Shown piece after piece: positions 48,144 through 59,376 of a stretch of DNA of 64,000 nt; positions within the stretch are counted from its first letter, which is position 1, and the number at the start of each line of letters is the position of its first letter. Both the position numbers and the translations under genes were made by a program. Location of the stretch: positions 1 to 64,000 of IMG/VR virus record IMGVR_UViG_3300032291_003663; one strand, written 5' to 3'. The notes beneath the pieces were generated by a model, which searched no databases, was not told the origin of the DNA, and saw nothing but the letters and a program-made list of their open reading frames with translations. The DNA is from a virus.

Positions 48144-49127
48144 ATGAAAACAAAATTAGTTACTGCTTATTACCCATTACATCAAGGCCCTCCATTTTGG
48201 GGTAAACAAAATAGAGAAAGATGGTACAAGCATTCAATTGCTTCAATATGTGAAACTAAAGTCCCAATAATTTGTTATACAGACGAACTTGGTTATGATG
48301 AGCTATTTGCTGTTAAAACTGATAGACAACTAGACAATCTTACAATTAAAATGTACGATTTAACAACTAGTCAGTTTCATGATAGAGTTTATAAAGCAAG
48401 AATGGAAGGCAATCCTGAAATGTACAATAATGAGCTTCATCCATATTATAGAATGCCTGTTTCTGTTTATTGGATGAAATGGGGATTTTTAAAAATGGAA
48501 TATGAAGAAGATACTTACATATATTGGATAGATGGAGGATTATCAACTCAAGGTGTATTTCCAGGTAGAGCATCATCATACGGAACAGATCCAGGATATT
48601 TTAAGAACTATAATGGAGAAGAAGGAGATTTTTATACAACACATGAGTTTAAATTATTCGTGTTTGATAAAATATTTAACCTCAATTTCATCCCCAATCT
48701 AAATAAATTTTCAGAAGGTAAAATAGTTAATATCTGTAGACAAGATTGTACGGATAATGATTTTCATTTATTCGAAGAAAAACTAAACTTACCTAAAGGA
48801 AATATAATCTACACTAATAAATTCCCAGTAGGTGCCTTATTTGGAGGACATTCTTCCCAAATAATGAAGTATATAGATGAATTTAATGAGGTAGCAAATA
48901 AAGTTCTTGAAGTAGGAGATTATGTTTGTACAGAACAAGAAATAATGGGATATATTCATTCAATACATCCCGATTGGTTTACAGATTGGACTTTTCATGA
49001 CTTTTATCATGAAGATTGGAAATTAGCAAATGGTCCTAGTGTACTTATCCCATATAGAGAAGCATATCCTAATAATATTTCATTTAGTAAGTTATTTATA
49101 GATACTTTGGGAGCTCCTCAAGTTTAA
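48144..49127 (+). CDS. HtrL/WlaTC-like glycosyltransferase
   Basis: KLVTAYY, YWIDGGL, GALFGG, TEQEIM; same pattern as domain 3 of 16919; TATTTATA at 48123. Confidence 0.65.
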   Translation: MKTKLVTAYYPLHQGPPFWGKQNRERWYKHSIASICETKVPIICYTDELGYDELFAVKTDRQLDNLTIKMYDLTTSQFHDRVYKARMEGNPEMYNNELHPYYRMPVSVYWMKWGFLKMEYEEDTYIYWIDGGLSTQGVFPGRASSYGTDPGYFKNYNGEEGDFYTTHEFKLFVFDKIFNLNFIPNLNKFSEGKIVNICRQDCTDNDFHLFEEKLNLPKGNIIYTNKFPVGALFGGHSSQIMKYIDEFNEVANKVLEVGDYVCTEQEIMGYIHSIHPDWFTDWTFHDFYHEDWKLANGPSVLIPYREAYPNNISFSKLFIDTLGAPQV

Positions 49128-49140
49128 ATACATTTATACA

Positions 49141-49641
49141 ATGTACAACATAAAACAATTCTTTAAACGCATTTACAACTTAATACGTTGGGCTCCAATT
49201 ATATGGAAAGATCAGGATTGGGATGACCATTATATCTTTGAAATACTTAAATTCAAATTAAAGAATCAAGCTAAATACATTGGAGATAAAGATCGTCATA
49301 TGTCTGCTAAACGTGATGCTGAAATAATGATGTTATGTGTTCGTTTAATTGAAAAAGTACAAAGTGAATATTACGGCTGTGAATATCAAGACTACTACAA
49401 ATCAGATATTAAATTTATACCTAGTATTTCCCACCCAGGTTGTTTTGAAATGGATGAGGAACCAATATCAGAACATTATGATGATTATTTTAAAAAATAT
49501 CCATTAATTTATAGAATGGTTCCTGATTTGCAAGCACCTAAAGAAAAAATTGCATTCCAAATGGCTAGAATAAACGGAGAACGAGCACATAAATTATTAT
49601 TTACAATATTAGAACAAAACATTAGAAAATGGTGGGATTAA
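49141..49641 (+). CDS. Hypothetical phage protein
   Basis: W.PIIWKDQDWD..YI...KFKL...WWD; class-1 box 4 nt before the ATG. Confidence 0.7.
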   Translation: MYNIKQFFKRIYNLIRWAPIIWKDQDWDDHYIFEILKFKLKNQAKYIGDKDRHMSAKRDAEIMMLCVRLIEKVQSEYYGCEYQDYYKSDIKFIPSISHPGCFEMDEEPISEHYDDYFKKYPLIYRMVPDLQAPKEKIAFQMARINGERAHKLLFTILEQNIRKWWD

Positions 49642-49787
49642 TTTTATTTATACTAGCAATAGCAGCATCACTTGTTTGGTTATGGGCTGGTGGGATTGAT
49701 TATATGAAAGAAAATCATCCTGACTATAAAGGAAAAGACTGGTTAAATTGGGATAAGGATGAAGAGGATAAAAATCAAATATCATAG
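49629..49787 (+). CDS. 52-aa single-TM protein
   Basis: MVGLILFILAIAASLVWLWAGGIDYMKENHPDYKG...; not in the ORF track. Confidence 0.6.
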   Translation: MVGLILFILAIAASLVWLWAGGIDYMKENHPDYKGKDWLNWDKDEEDKNQIS

Positions 49788-49815
49788 TTTATAAAAATTA
49801 TAATAACAAATAACT

Positions 49816-50469
49816 ATGTGGAATATTAAATTAAAACCCCACCAAAAACTATTCTTCATCTCAGATACTCATTATAACCATAAAAATATCTGTCGTGGTA
49901 TAACAAGTTGGACTCATGCTAATAGTCATACTAGAGATTTCCCCACATTGTCTAAAATGAATGATACTATTATAAACAACATTAACGATATTGTTGGTTT
50001 AGACGATATACTAGTTCACTTAGGTGATTGGTCATTTGGTGGGTTTGAATCTGTTAGTGAATTTAGAAATAGAATAATGTGCCAAAACATTTATTTAATA
50101 TTAGGTAATCATGATCATCATATTGAAAACAATAAAGAAAATATTCAATCATTGTTTGTAAAAACATCACATTACGAAATACTAAGAGTAATTGATGAAG
50201 ATAGTGATGATATAGAATATGACTTTGTATTATCACATTTCCCCATTGTTAGTTGGCATGACATGAGTAAAGGTCGCTTCCATATATTTGGCCATGTCCA
50301 TCTACCAGGCCATAGAAAAATAATGCCGGGTAGAGCAATGGATGTTGGATTAGAAGGAAATAATTTAAAACCATATGAAATGAAAGAAGTAGTATCACTA
50401 CTTGAAACTAGACCAGTTAAAACTAGTACTATACCTTCAGATCACCATGAAAAACAACTCAACAATTGA
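49816..50469 (+). CDS. Calcineurin-like metallophosphoesterase
   Basis: SDTH, HLGD, GNHD, HFP, GHVH, DVG. Confidence 0.9.
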   Translation: MWNIKLKPHQKLFFISDTHYNHKNICRGITSWTHANSHTRDFPTLSKMNDTIINNINDIVGLDDILVHLGDWSFGGFESVSEFRNRIMCQNIYLILGNHDHHIENNKENIQSLFVKTSHYEILRVIDEDSDDIEYDFVLSHFPIVSWHDMSKGRFHIFGHVHLPGHRKIMPGRAMDVGLEGNNLKPYEMKEVVSLLETRPVKTSTIPSDHHEKQLNN

Positions 50470-50929
50470 AATCCATGAAAACCTCAGAAATTAACCCCGG
50501 ACACTATTTAGAAATTATGGATCGTTTACATATTATAATATGTACTTTAAATGATCATTGTGTTGAGCATCCTATAACTAAATCGGACTGTCGTATTGAA
50601 TCGTTATTGATTAAGGCTACAGAAGAGTTATTAGATGCTTATCAAATAGCGGGAGAAATATTTTCTGAAGAAAATGATAAATAAATATATTTATCTGTGC
50701 TATGATACGATATGCCAAACATAGTAGTAAAAACTACATTGTAATAGATAGCTCATTTGAGATAAATGAGTTAAAAGTTCCTCTGCATATCCAAATAAAT
50801 GTTGATGAATTAAGTGAAAATGATAGAAGTATCATATATCGAACAGCTGCAGTAGCTTTTAATCGTCATATCATTTTCAATAAGAATAAACCCACAAGTT
50901 TTAAAAAACCTTGGTGGAAGATTTGGTAA
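50466..50929 (+). CDS. Two hypothetical proteins (50466-50684, 50702-50929)
   Basis: ORF track; the second ends in KKPWWKIW. Confidence 0.55.
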
Positions 50930-50958
50930 TTCTAAATTAATTAATTAAATTTAAGGTT

Positions 50959-51678
50959 ATGAAAACAATCGTACTTGGCGATACCCATGGTCGTTCGAAT
51001 TGGAAATTAGCAATACATCAAGACAATCCTGATAGAGTTATCTTTATAGGTGATTATTTTGATTCATTCCATATCAATACAACTGACCAAATCAATAATT
51101 TCCTTGATATTATTGAATATAAAAAAACATCAGGTAAAGAAGTTATACTACTAATAGGTAATCACGACCACCATTACTATCCCGAAGTAGGAAATACAGG
51201 TACATCAGGATACCAGCATGTAGGAAATTTTCAAATAGTTCCTACCATTGATGCTAATAGAGAACATTTACAGGTAGCTTATCAAATGAATGATTTTTTG
51301 TTTACACACGCCGGTGTAAGTAGTGAATTTATGGATAATGTTTATGGTAACAATGGATGGAAATTAGAAACATTGGTTGATGACTTAAATGAATTATTTA
51401 AGTATAAACCTAAAACATTTGACTTTAATGGTATTGATGGTTATGGAGACGATACTTGGCAGACTCCATTTTGGATTAGACCTAAATCACTAATGCGTGT
51501 GAATAAAAACACATTACGTAAGCAAATTATTCAAGTAGTAGGACATACATCCCAAAAACAAATTGATCGTAAAGGTACAGCTACAGGTGGTAAGTATTAT
51601 TTTATTGATACAATGGATACAAGTGGAGAATACTTGGTTATTCAAGATAACCAACTTACCTTCAATTCAGTAAAATAA
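50959..51678 (+). CDS. Metallophosphoesterase
   Basis: GDTHG, GDYFD, GNHD, THAG, WIRP, VGHT. Confidence 0.9.
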   Translation: MKTIVLGDTHGRSNWKLAIHQDNPDRVIFIGDYFDSFHINTTDQINNFLDIIEYKKTSGKEVILLIGNHDHHYYPEVGNTGTSGYQHVGNFQIVPTIDANREHLQVAYQMNDFLFTHAGVSSEFMDNVYGNNGWKLETLVDDLNELFKYKPKTFDFNGIDGYGDDTWQTPFWIRPKSLMRVNKNTLRKQIIQVVGHTSQKQIDRKGTATGGKYYFIDTMDTSGEYLVIQDNQLTFNSVK

Positions 51679-51683
51679 ATAAC

Positions 51684-53613
51684 ATGACAGTTAAAGAATT
51701 AATCGAACAACTACAACAACTCGATTCCGAATTGCATGTGTTTGTAGATGGGTATGAGGGGGGATATGATGACATAGCAATAAGTGAAGTTAAAGATATA
51801 GCATTAAACGTTCATAAAGAATGGTGGTATGGTCAACATGACAATGCTAATGATGATAAGTTTATTGATGCTAAAATTGTAAAAGGTATTGTGTTATAAA
51901 TAAGCAATGATAAGAAAATTAAAATATACATTACAAAGTCTTCAATGGATTAAAGCACTATGGAGTCCATTTAAACCATTCACTGTTAAAGGGTATATAG
52001 GCAAAACGCAAATCGGTATTCCATATTTCCTACCCAGAAAATGGGTTAAAGCAACCCCAGAATTACGAACAAAAGCAGTATTAGATAAAATTAAAAATGA
52101 AGAAAATTACAATAAATTAAATCCAAATTCAGCTCGTAAAATAAAATCATTTGATGAATTGTATGAGGAATATAAAAACTATACATTTCCTATACCACTT
52201 AAAGTAGGATTTAGTTATTGTGGTTTAGGTTGGAAAACAAAATGGACATCAACTGATTTTAGATATGAGTGGGGTCCTGTATTTTCATTTGTATTCTTTG
52301 GATATCAAATAGCATTAATGGTTGGTCATAGGGATGCTAGTCATTATTGGGAGGCCTGGTTATATTATGAATATGCCACAGATAAAACTAAATCAAAACG
52401 TAAGCGAGTAAGGCAATGTAGAAAAAGATTTCCACAAACATGGACAACACACAGGCATGATGGAGAGCCAAAAACCGTAGATTATTATACTAAAATACTT
52501 AAATTAAAATATCTAAAATGAAACGACAGGATAAAAATACAGAGATCTTAAAAACACTAATTGATAAGATGTTCGAAATATCCGGTCATTCTCTTAAATT
52601 TGAAGATGTTGAGGGTAGAACTGATAATTGGTTTCAACAATATACAATGACTGAAGCTCAAAATAAGGAGTGGCGAGATTGGGGTACTAAATTTATAAAT
52701 AAGAAACGTCGTTTTGGTGTAAAATTAGCTTCACGTGAAATGGCTTTTTTAGATTTATATTGTGGATTAAAAATATCAGATAGTAGATTTGCAACTAATG
52801 AAGAAGAAAAAAGAACAGCCGATTGAACGACAAGAATTTGTTGTATTTAGTGAATATGGTTATTTTTCAGGATTAGCTTATGGAGGGACACCTCAATGGT
52901 CTATGAATCAAAAGGATGCTAAACCACTTAACCACATGAATAAATTTTATACTTTACGAAGTATATCTCATACAGAACTAATGTTTGAAATGCTTGGAAA
53001 CTCAAAAAAATAATTTTACATTTATTGTATGAGAACAGAAGCCGAACGTTTATTACATTACAGAGCAGCATTTCTTGAAAAAGTGAAGAAGTGGAGATGG
53101 GAAGAGCCTAATGAAGAAAGTTATAATAGACGAGGTCGTAAACCAAAATCTAGTATACGAATTGAAGCACGTCCTAGAACTAAAGGAGAAGAACTAGCAT
53201 TTATAAATCAAAAATAAAAAATGAAAAAAGTTAACTATATCCTAATGACTATTGCCGCTATATGTGCTCTTATTAGCGGAATAATTAATCTTATTAGTGA
53301 TACAGGTTTTACAGGATGGGCGTGGCAGCTAACTGTACTTATGTGGATTGGCAATTCATACATACATCAGAAAATAATTGACAGATATGAAGAAAATATT
53401 TAAATAAATAAACAAGTTATGAATAAGTATAACGCAATTGATGGTATCTACTTTGGATTTGAAATATTTGATGAAATATTTAACGTCATAAATGAACGTG
53501 GTTATGAAAACCCGGACAATATGTTTAAAGCAGGTGTGGCAAGTGCTGAAGCTGCTGTTAGACGATTAAGAGAAAAATACTACGAAGCCATACCTAAAAC
53601 AGTGGATATTTAA
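51684..53613 (+). CDS. Run of small hypothetical genes (51684, 51907, 52518, 52789, 53029, 53221, 53419)
   Basis: Tightly packed + strand ORFs in the track; 51684 is a paralog of 63603; 53029 carries RRGRKPK. Confidence 0.6.
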
Positions 53614-53630
53614 CAATGATATTTATAGAT

Positions 53631-54260
53631 ATGAAATACCTGTTATCCATTCTTATGTTTATTACTGTTACTGCTTATAGTCAAGATACAGTTACTATTG
53701 TACATAAATCGTATAAAACAACTTATAGTAAGTCTAAACATTATCCTGTTAAAGTTGAATGGTGGCTAACTAAAGCAATGTTAAGTTGTTCCACCAAAAT
53801 TAAACGAACTGATAAGTTCGTAGCGGACCCTAAATTACCATTAGATACCGATTTACAACCAGATTATAACTCTTCTGGATTCGATCGTGGTCATAATTTT
53901 AACGCCGCAGATGGCGCTTGTAATCAAACAACTATGATTGAATCTTTCTATTTCAGCAATATGACGGCTCAATACCCAGCATTAAACCGTGGTGATTGGA
54001 AGACATTAGAAATAATGACTCGCAAATCAGCACTTGAAGAAGATTCAATCCACATATGGTGTGGGTCCGTAGGTGAAGCTAAAAAGATAGGCACAACATC
54101 AGTTCCTACTCAATGTTGGAAAGTTATTTATATTAAGAAAACAAATAAATGGGAAGCTTACTTATTCAACAATGACTTAAATAAAGCTGATGGTATAGAA
54201 AATAATCAAGTTGAAGTGAAAATCATTGAGCAAATTACAGGTTTTAAATTTAAAAAATAA
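53631..54260 (+). CDS. Secreted DNA/RNA non-specific endonuclease (NucA/EndoG family)
   Basis: Signal peptide MKYLLSILMFITVTAYS/Q; SGFDRGH, FYFSNMTAQ...LNRGDW..LE, VPT..WKV; start at 53631 preferred. Confidence 0.88.
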   Translation: MKYLLSILMFITVTAYSQDTVTIVHKSYKTTYSKSKHYPVKVEWWLTKAMLSCSTKIKRTDKFVADPKLPLDTDLQPDYNSSGFDRGHNFNAADGACNQTTMIESFYFSNMTAQYPALNRGDWKTLEIMTRKSALEEDSIHIWCGSVGEAKKIGTTSVPTQCWKVIYIKKTNKWEAYLFNNDLNKADGIENNQVEVKIIEQITGFKFKK

Positions 54261-54265
54261 ACATA

Positions 54266-54583
54266 ATGGATAGCATAGTAAAAAGCGTTATATCTCGTTT
54301 TGAAACCAGAGCAGAGATGGGAAATAAAAAATACGGTACAGATCTTGATAGAAAAGATCTAACACCATTAGAATGGATTCAACACCTACAAGACGAACTA
54401 CACGACGCTTACCTATACTCAGAAAAATTAAAGATTGAATATATCAATGGAATAAAACAATTAATGAGTGAGTGGATACAGGAGAAAAAACTTCAAGGAG
54501 CCAATGTTCCTGTTGAAGCATTTACTGCTGGATTTTATGCTTATTTATTAGAAAAAAAGAACGAAGATAGTAACAGTAATTAA
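54266..54583 (+). CDS. All-alpha NTP-pyrophosphatase-like protein
   Basis: RAEMG.KKYGT.LDR.DL...EW..HLQDELHDA.LY. Confidence 0.5.
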   Translation: MDSIVKSVISRFETRAEMGNKKYGTDLDRKDLTPLEWIQHLQDELHDAYLYSEKLKIEYINGIKQLMSEWIQEKKLQGANVPVEAFTAGFYAYLLEKKNEDSNSN

Positions 54584-54646
54584 AATTGGAAACCCCACTT
54601 ATCAATATTATGTTTAGTGTATTAAATAATTAAAAAATCAAAGGTT

Positions 54647-55438
54647 ATGACTGTTACAAACAAAAGACAACCAATGGATCTTGTAGAAATACAAGACATC
54701 TGTTCAAGTGCATTTACAGCTGTATCTGCACCTAATGTTTCATCTAATTATACTCACATTCCAACATCTCAAGTAATTGAAGACATGGTTGAGTTAGGAT
54801 GGACACCAGTAAGTGCTCAAGAAGTTAGGGCACGTAAAGGTAGAGGATTTCAGAAGCATATTATTCGTTTTCAAAACCAAAACATTACTATTAAGGGTAA
54901 TGATGGTGATGATGTATTTCCTGAACTGCTATTAACTAATAGTCATGATGGTAAAAACGCATTTCATCTAAGAGTTGGATTGTATCGTTTAGTATGTTCA
55001 AATGGACTTGTAATTGCTGATTCTGAATTTAGTAATGTAGCAATTCGTCATATGGGTTATACATTTGAAGCACTTCGTGAACAAGTATTAACCATGATTA
55101 ACACATTACCTAATCTTGTACAGAAAATTAATACATTTAAAACCACAGCATTGTCAGACGAACAAATAATTGAATTTGCACTTAAAGCATCTGAATTGCG
55201 TTGGAAAAATAAAAATATAACATTAGATATGGATGAATTAACTAGTTCACAACGTGATCAAGACAATGATCCAAATCTATGGACGGTATTTAACCGCATC
55301 CAGGAAAAATTAGTTAACGGTGGTATCAGTTATACAAATGGAAAGAAAACGCGTAAAGTAAGAGCTCTTAAGAATTTTACAGCCGACATGCAGTTTAATG
55401 GTGAATTATGGCAGCTGGCAGAAGAATATGCTAATTGA
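54647..55438 (+). CDS. DUF932/DUF945-family protein
   Basis: YTHIPT, KHIIRF, LLLTNSHDG, GLYRLVCSNGLV, H.G, LWTVFNRIQE. Confidence 0.85.
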   Translation: MTVTNKRQPMDLVEIQDICSSAFTAVSAPNVSSNYTHIPTSQVIEDMVELGWTPVSAQEVRARKGRGFQKHIIRFQNQNITIKGNDGDDVFPELLLTNSHDGKNAFHLRVGLYRLVCSNGLVIADSEFSNVAIRHMGYTFEALREQVLTMINTLPNLVQKINTFKTTALSDEQIIEFALKASELRWKNKNITLDMDELTSSQRDQDNDPNLWTVFNRIQEKLVNGGISYTNGKKTRKVRALKNFTADMQFNGELWQLAEEYAN

Positions 55439-55455
55439 TGTTGTATTGTTATAAA

Positions 55456-55479
55456 AAGAGCTCGGGAAACCGAGCTCTT
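55456..55479 (+). terminator. GNRA hairpin (terminator-like) overlapping the next promoter
   Basis: AAGAGCTCGG-GAAA-CCGAGCTCTT; TACATTTA at 55485. Confidence 0.7.
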
Positions 55480-55510
55480 ATCTTTACATTTATGGTATAA
55501 ATTAAAAATT

Positions 55511-55872
55511 ATGAGTAAAATTAAAGAAGCACTTTTAACAGATAACCACATAAGCCTAAACCCAGATATGATTGATGCTGATTATCAATATGAACAGTGG
55601 CTAATACAGCAACAGCAAGAAGAAGAATATTATGCATTATTAACTGAACTAAATAATCAGTAATGACACCAAGAGAAAAAGCAGAAGAATTATTTGATAA
55701 AATGTTATATAATGATGGGAATAGCTATCATCATTGTAGTCATTATGTAGGTAAAAACTGTGCATTAATAGCAGTGGGTGAAATCGTAAAGGTTATCGGG
55801 TATGATCCATTAACATTAGGACAAGCAGAAATATATTGGGAAGAAGTTAAACAAGAAATAGAAAAGCTATAA
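55511..55872 (+). CDS. Two small proteins (55511-55663, 50 aa, not in track; 55663-55872, MTPREKA family)
   Basis: Translated by eye, and ORF track. Confidence 0.6.
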
Positions 55873-55928
55873 GTAAAATTGGAGGGGTAAAACAATATTC
55901 ATATATTTAGACATGAAACTAACCTCTT

Positions 55929-56378
55929 ATGAGCAATATATCTTTATATACTCGCACTCGTAACTTAACACGGAAGGAATTAGTTATCTATATTAAAGAA
56001 GTACTTAATCTGTTACATAAAGAATATCACACCCCATACCATAAGAAAATTAAATTTAAGATATATAGATATAAAGCACCTAAACGCAAACCAGGTGTTA
56101 ATGTTTTAAGACGTAATACAAAACATTTTAAAAATATGGCGGATTGGGTTAAAGATGATAACTTAATTACTATTCATTTAAAACGAAATAAAACAATAAA
56201 ATCTTTAACTATATCTTTATTACACGAATATTGCCATTATACTCAAGATATGAATATCTACTACGACTTTGCCGACAAATATGGCTACTGGAAAAACCCA
56301 TACGAGATTCAGGCTGAAGATTTTGCTAGGGCTAATACTGAAAAAGCATTTGAAGAATGTAAATGGACATTTGTATAA
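55929..56378 (+). CDS. Zincin-like HExxH protein
   Basis: LLHEYCHY...NPYEIQA. Confidence 0.65.
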   Translation: MSNISLYTRTRNLTRKELVIYIKEVLNLLHKEYHTPYHKKIKFKIYRYKAPKRKPGVNVLRRNTKHFKNMADWVKDDNLITIHLKRNKTIKSLTISLLHEYCHYTQDMNIYYDFADKYGYWKNPYEIQAEDFARANTEKAFEECKWTFV

Positions 56379-56411
56379 TGGTTTTCCCAATATATTTATT
56401 TAAAAAATAAA

Positions 56412-59251
56412 ATGACAATGAACATTTATGAACAACTTTTAGAAATCCATGAACAATTAAGCGATGATGAAATGTGGCTTAATATTTTAGATATTGCTTA
56501 TGATGAAATAGGAGCAGATAGTATTGATGATCTAATTGAAAAGGCAACTGAAAATGAAGATGAAGGGATAATATATAATTTGATTGACGAAGGCGAAAAT
56601 ATTTTGTCGCTGAAAGATTTAGATAATTATATAGATGGAGACGATTTTGACGAATATTAATCAGTTATAAAAATAAACAAATGGTAGAAATTAATTTACA
56701 AAGTGCGTATAACATAGCTAGTCTATTCGGATTTGGTATTTGTATGTATAAGATATACAAATTAGAAATAATAATTGAGTTACTTAAAACTAACCAATTA
56801 CTAAGCGCTATGACTAATTTTGTTTTAACTAAAACACTTAAAGATAAAGGTGTAATAGGAGAAGATGAATTAGAAGCAAAGATTAAGGAAGAATTGTAAC
56901 CATAAAAAGTAGTTATACATTTACTTAAACAAAAATAAAGGTTATGGATAAAAATCTCAAGTCATTATTGACAAGTTTAGGACTCATTTTGTTATATTAC
57001 TACGCAACAGTAGGTATAGTTAAACTTATTTGGAACACGGACGATGATTATAAATTTGAAGGCCGAGTTAAATTTTTAGTTTTATTATCTATTTTGTTTT
57101 CTATCATTTACATATTTGGGATATATTACGTTGTTGGATTACACCATGTTGATTCGTTTTATAAATTTTTTATTGTAGCACAATTGATATATGTTGGTTT
57201 AGGTGTTATCTTAAATGCATTAATTAAGAGATAGTTTTGAGAAACCAAGTAATATTCATACATTTACGTTATAAAATTAAAATGTATGAAATTAACATCA
57301 ACCTTAGACAAAATTACAGAACAAGTATTTGGGGCAAAAACATGTGACGAGGCTAAACAAATTGTTATTGCTTACCTTAATGAAAGTAAAATTAAAGAAA
57401 CAGATCGTATTAAAATGATTAATGAAGTTACTAATATGAAGTATCTTTACAAAGTACAAATGTATATTGCTAATGCATTATTGAAATATGAAGGATTAGG
57501 GGTTGGCAATAAGCCAACCTCTCCTTCTGTTGATGAAAATTAAACGAAATAAATAAGTTATGAAGACAGCAATGCAAGAATTATGGGAGTGGATTGATGC
57601 TAATTATCATGAAGATAGTTTTAATCTAAATGATGCAAAGGAAATATCGCTTCAACGAGAACAAGATACAGCAATAAAATTCCATAGATGGATGTTAAAA
57701 AACGACACAGAACAAAACGCAGAAATATATTTTCATTATAGCGATAATGATATGTGGAATGAATTTTTAAAATAAAAATAAAATAATCATGGCTGACTTT
57801 AGTAAACAATGGTGTGAAATAAATGATCCTGAAATGCTACATGACTTTGATATATTTGAAGAACATAGCAAACTACAACAAGGATATGGTATTAATTTTA
57901 TATGTGAAGGGTTTGGTTTTGTAATGATAGCTAAGGGACATAACGATGAAATATTGTTAGCTGTACCTGATGAAGAAGACCATAATATGGTTATTTGGGT
58001 TGATTATGATGATTTTATAAATAAGGAACTAAAAAATCATAGAGAATTTCCTATATAAACTGAATTTTTGTTTATATATTTACTTAAACAAAAAATTGTA
58101 AATTATGGATAAAGTTAAATTAATAACATGGGTTGCTATAATGGCACTTGGTATTGCACTTTGGTATTTTATATTTAAGTTAATAACTAACATTCTAAAC
58201 TAAAAGGTTATGGACAACAAAGTAACACTTACAGAACAGCTTAAAGCATTTGATGACGGCCGTATTATTGACAGTAATGGTAGTGAAAATGACTGCTACA
58301 ATTTTTATGATTGGTTTTGTTCCGACAAGGCTTTAAAAGCCAAATCCGAGAGACTATTTAGGGCAGTAAAGCGTTGGGTAGAAAAACGCAACACCGATAC
58401 AGATAAAGTATATGTTTTTTTTAAGAATAATTGTCCTATGAATGGATCATTATATGATGATTTTCGTATTTGTGATGTTGAAACGGGGGATGTAGTTTGG
58501 ACAGTAACACCTAAAAGTGGACATAGTGGATTAGCAGAGATTTGGGGCAGACAAAATGAATTTAAGGGAGCAATTATAACGGGAGAGACTATGAATGAAA
58601 TCTATAGAAGTAATTTTTGAAACTAAATAACGAGCGTATATTCATGTTAACCAAATAAATAAAACATGAAACAAATCGAAGTAAAATTATTAGGTTTAAA
58701 CGAATTAGGTGTTAAAGAATTAAACGAATACTACAAACACAATATTACAAAGTATGATAATTGGCCTCCATTTAAATATGGTCAAACATTAGGTATAACT
58801 AGAAAACGTTTCAAACAACCTAAAGCTTTCTATAATAGTGGTTTAAATACATATGTGGGTAATTTCGATTGTCAACAATTAGTATTAAACGAAGATGGTA
58901 GTGAATGTAAATACGGAGGTGGTAACTTCTCATATCAAATAAAGCATTTCAATCATAAGATATATGAAATAGAGGTTATAGAAACATTTACAGAAATAAA
59001 GCTTTAAGGCAAGGTAATGTTCGTACATTTATGTTAATTAAAAATTAAAACATATGGAGATTAAACTAACATTTACCGAAACTCTATTACTACAAGAGTC
59101 AATAGCAGCTCGTTTACAACTCATACAAAAGTTAATGACAGTATTTAGTGAGAATGAGGGTACAGAGGAATTAATTAAATACTATAATGGTGAAGTAGAT
59201 AAGTTAAATGCTTTGCAAATCAAACTAACAATATCACAAGTTATAAGTTAG
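56412..59251 (+). CDS. Early-region small genes (56412, 56681, 56944, 57286, 57560, 57789, 58105-58203, 58210, 58666, 59054)
   Basis: Short + strand ORFs, many preceded by class-1 promoters and AAGGTTATG/AAGTTATG start contexts. Confidence 0.65.
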
Positions 59252-59305
59252 TTACATAATAGTTAACAAAAAATAGCAAAGCTTTCGCAATACAACACCT
59301 CAATA

Positions 59306-59335
59306 CAAACATACGTATATACGCTTGGAAATCAA
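59306..59335 (-). promoter_or_regulatory. Minus-strand canonical Bacteroidota promoter
   Basis: Reverse complement reads TTG-N19-TATGTTTG. Confidence 0.5.
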
Positions 59336-59376
59336 GTAAGTATAGCATATGTATGTTTAACTAATAAAAAATAATA

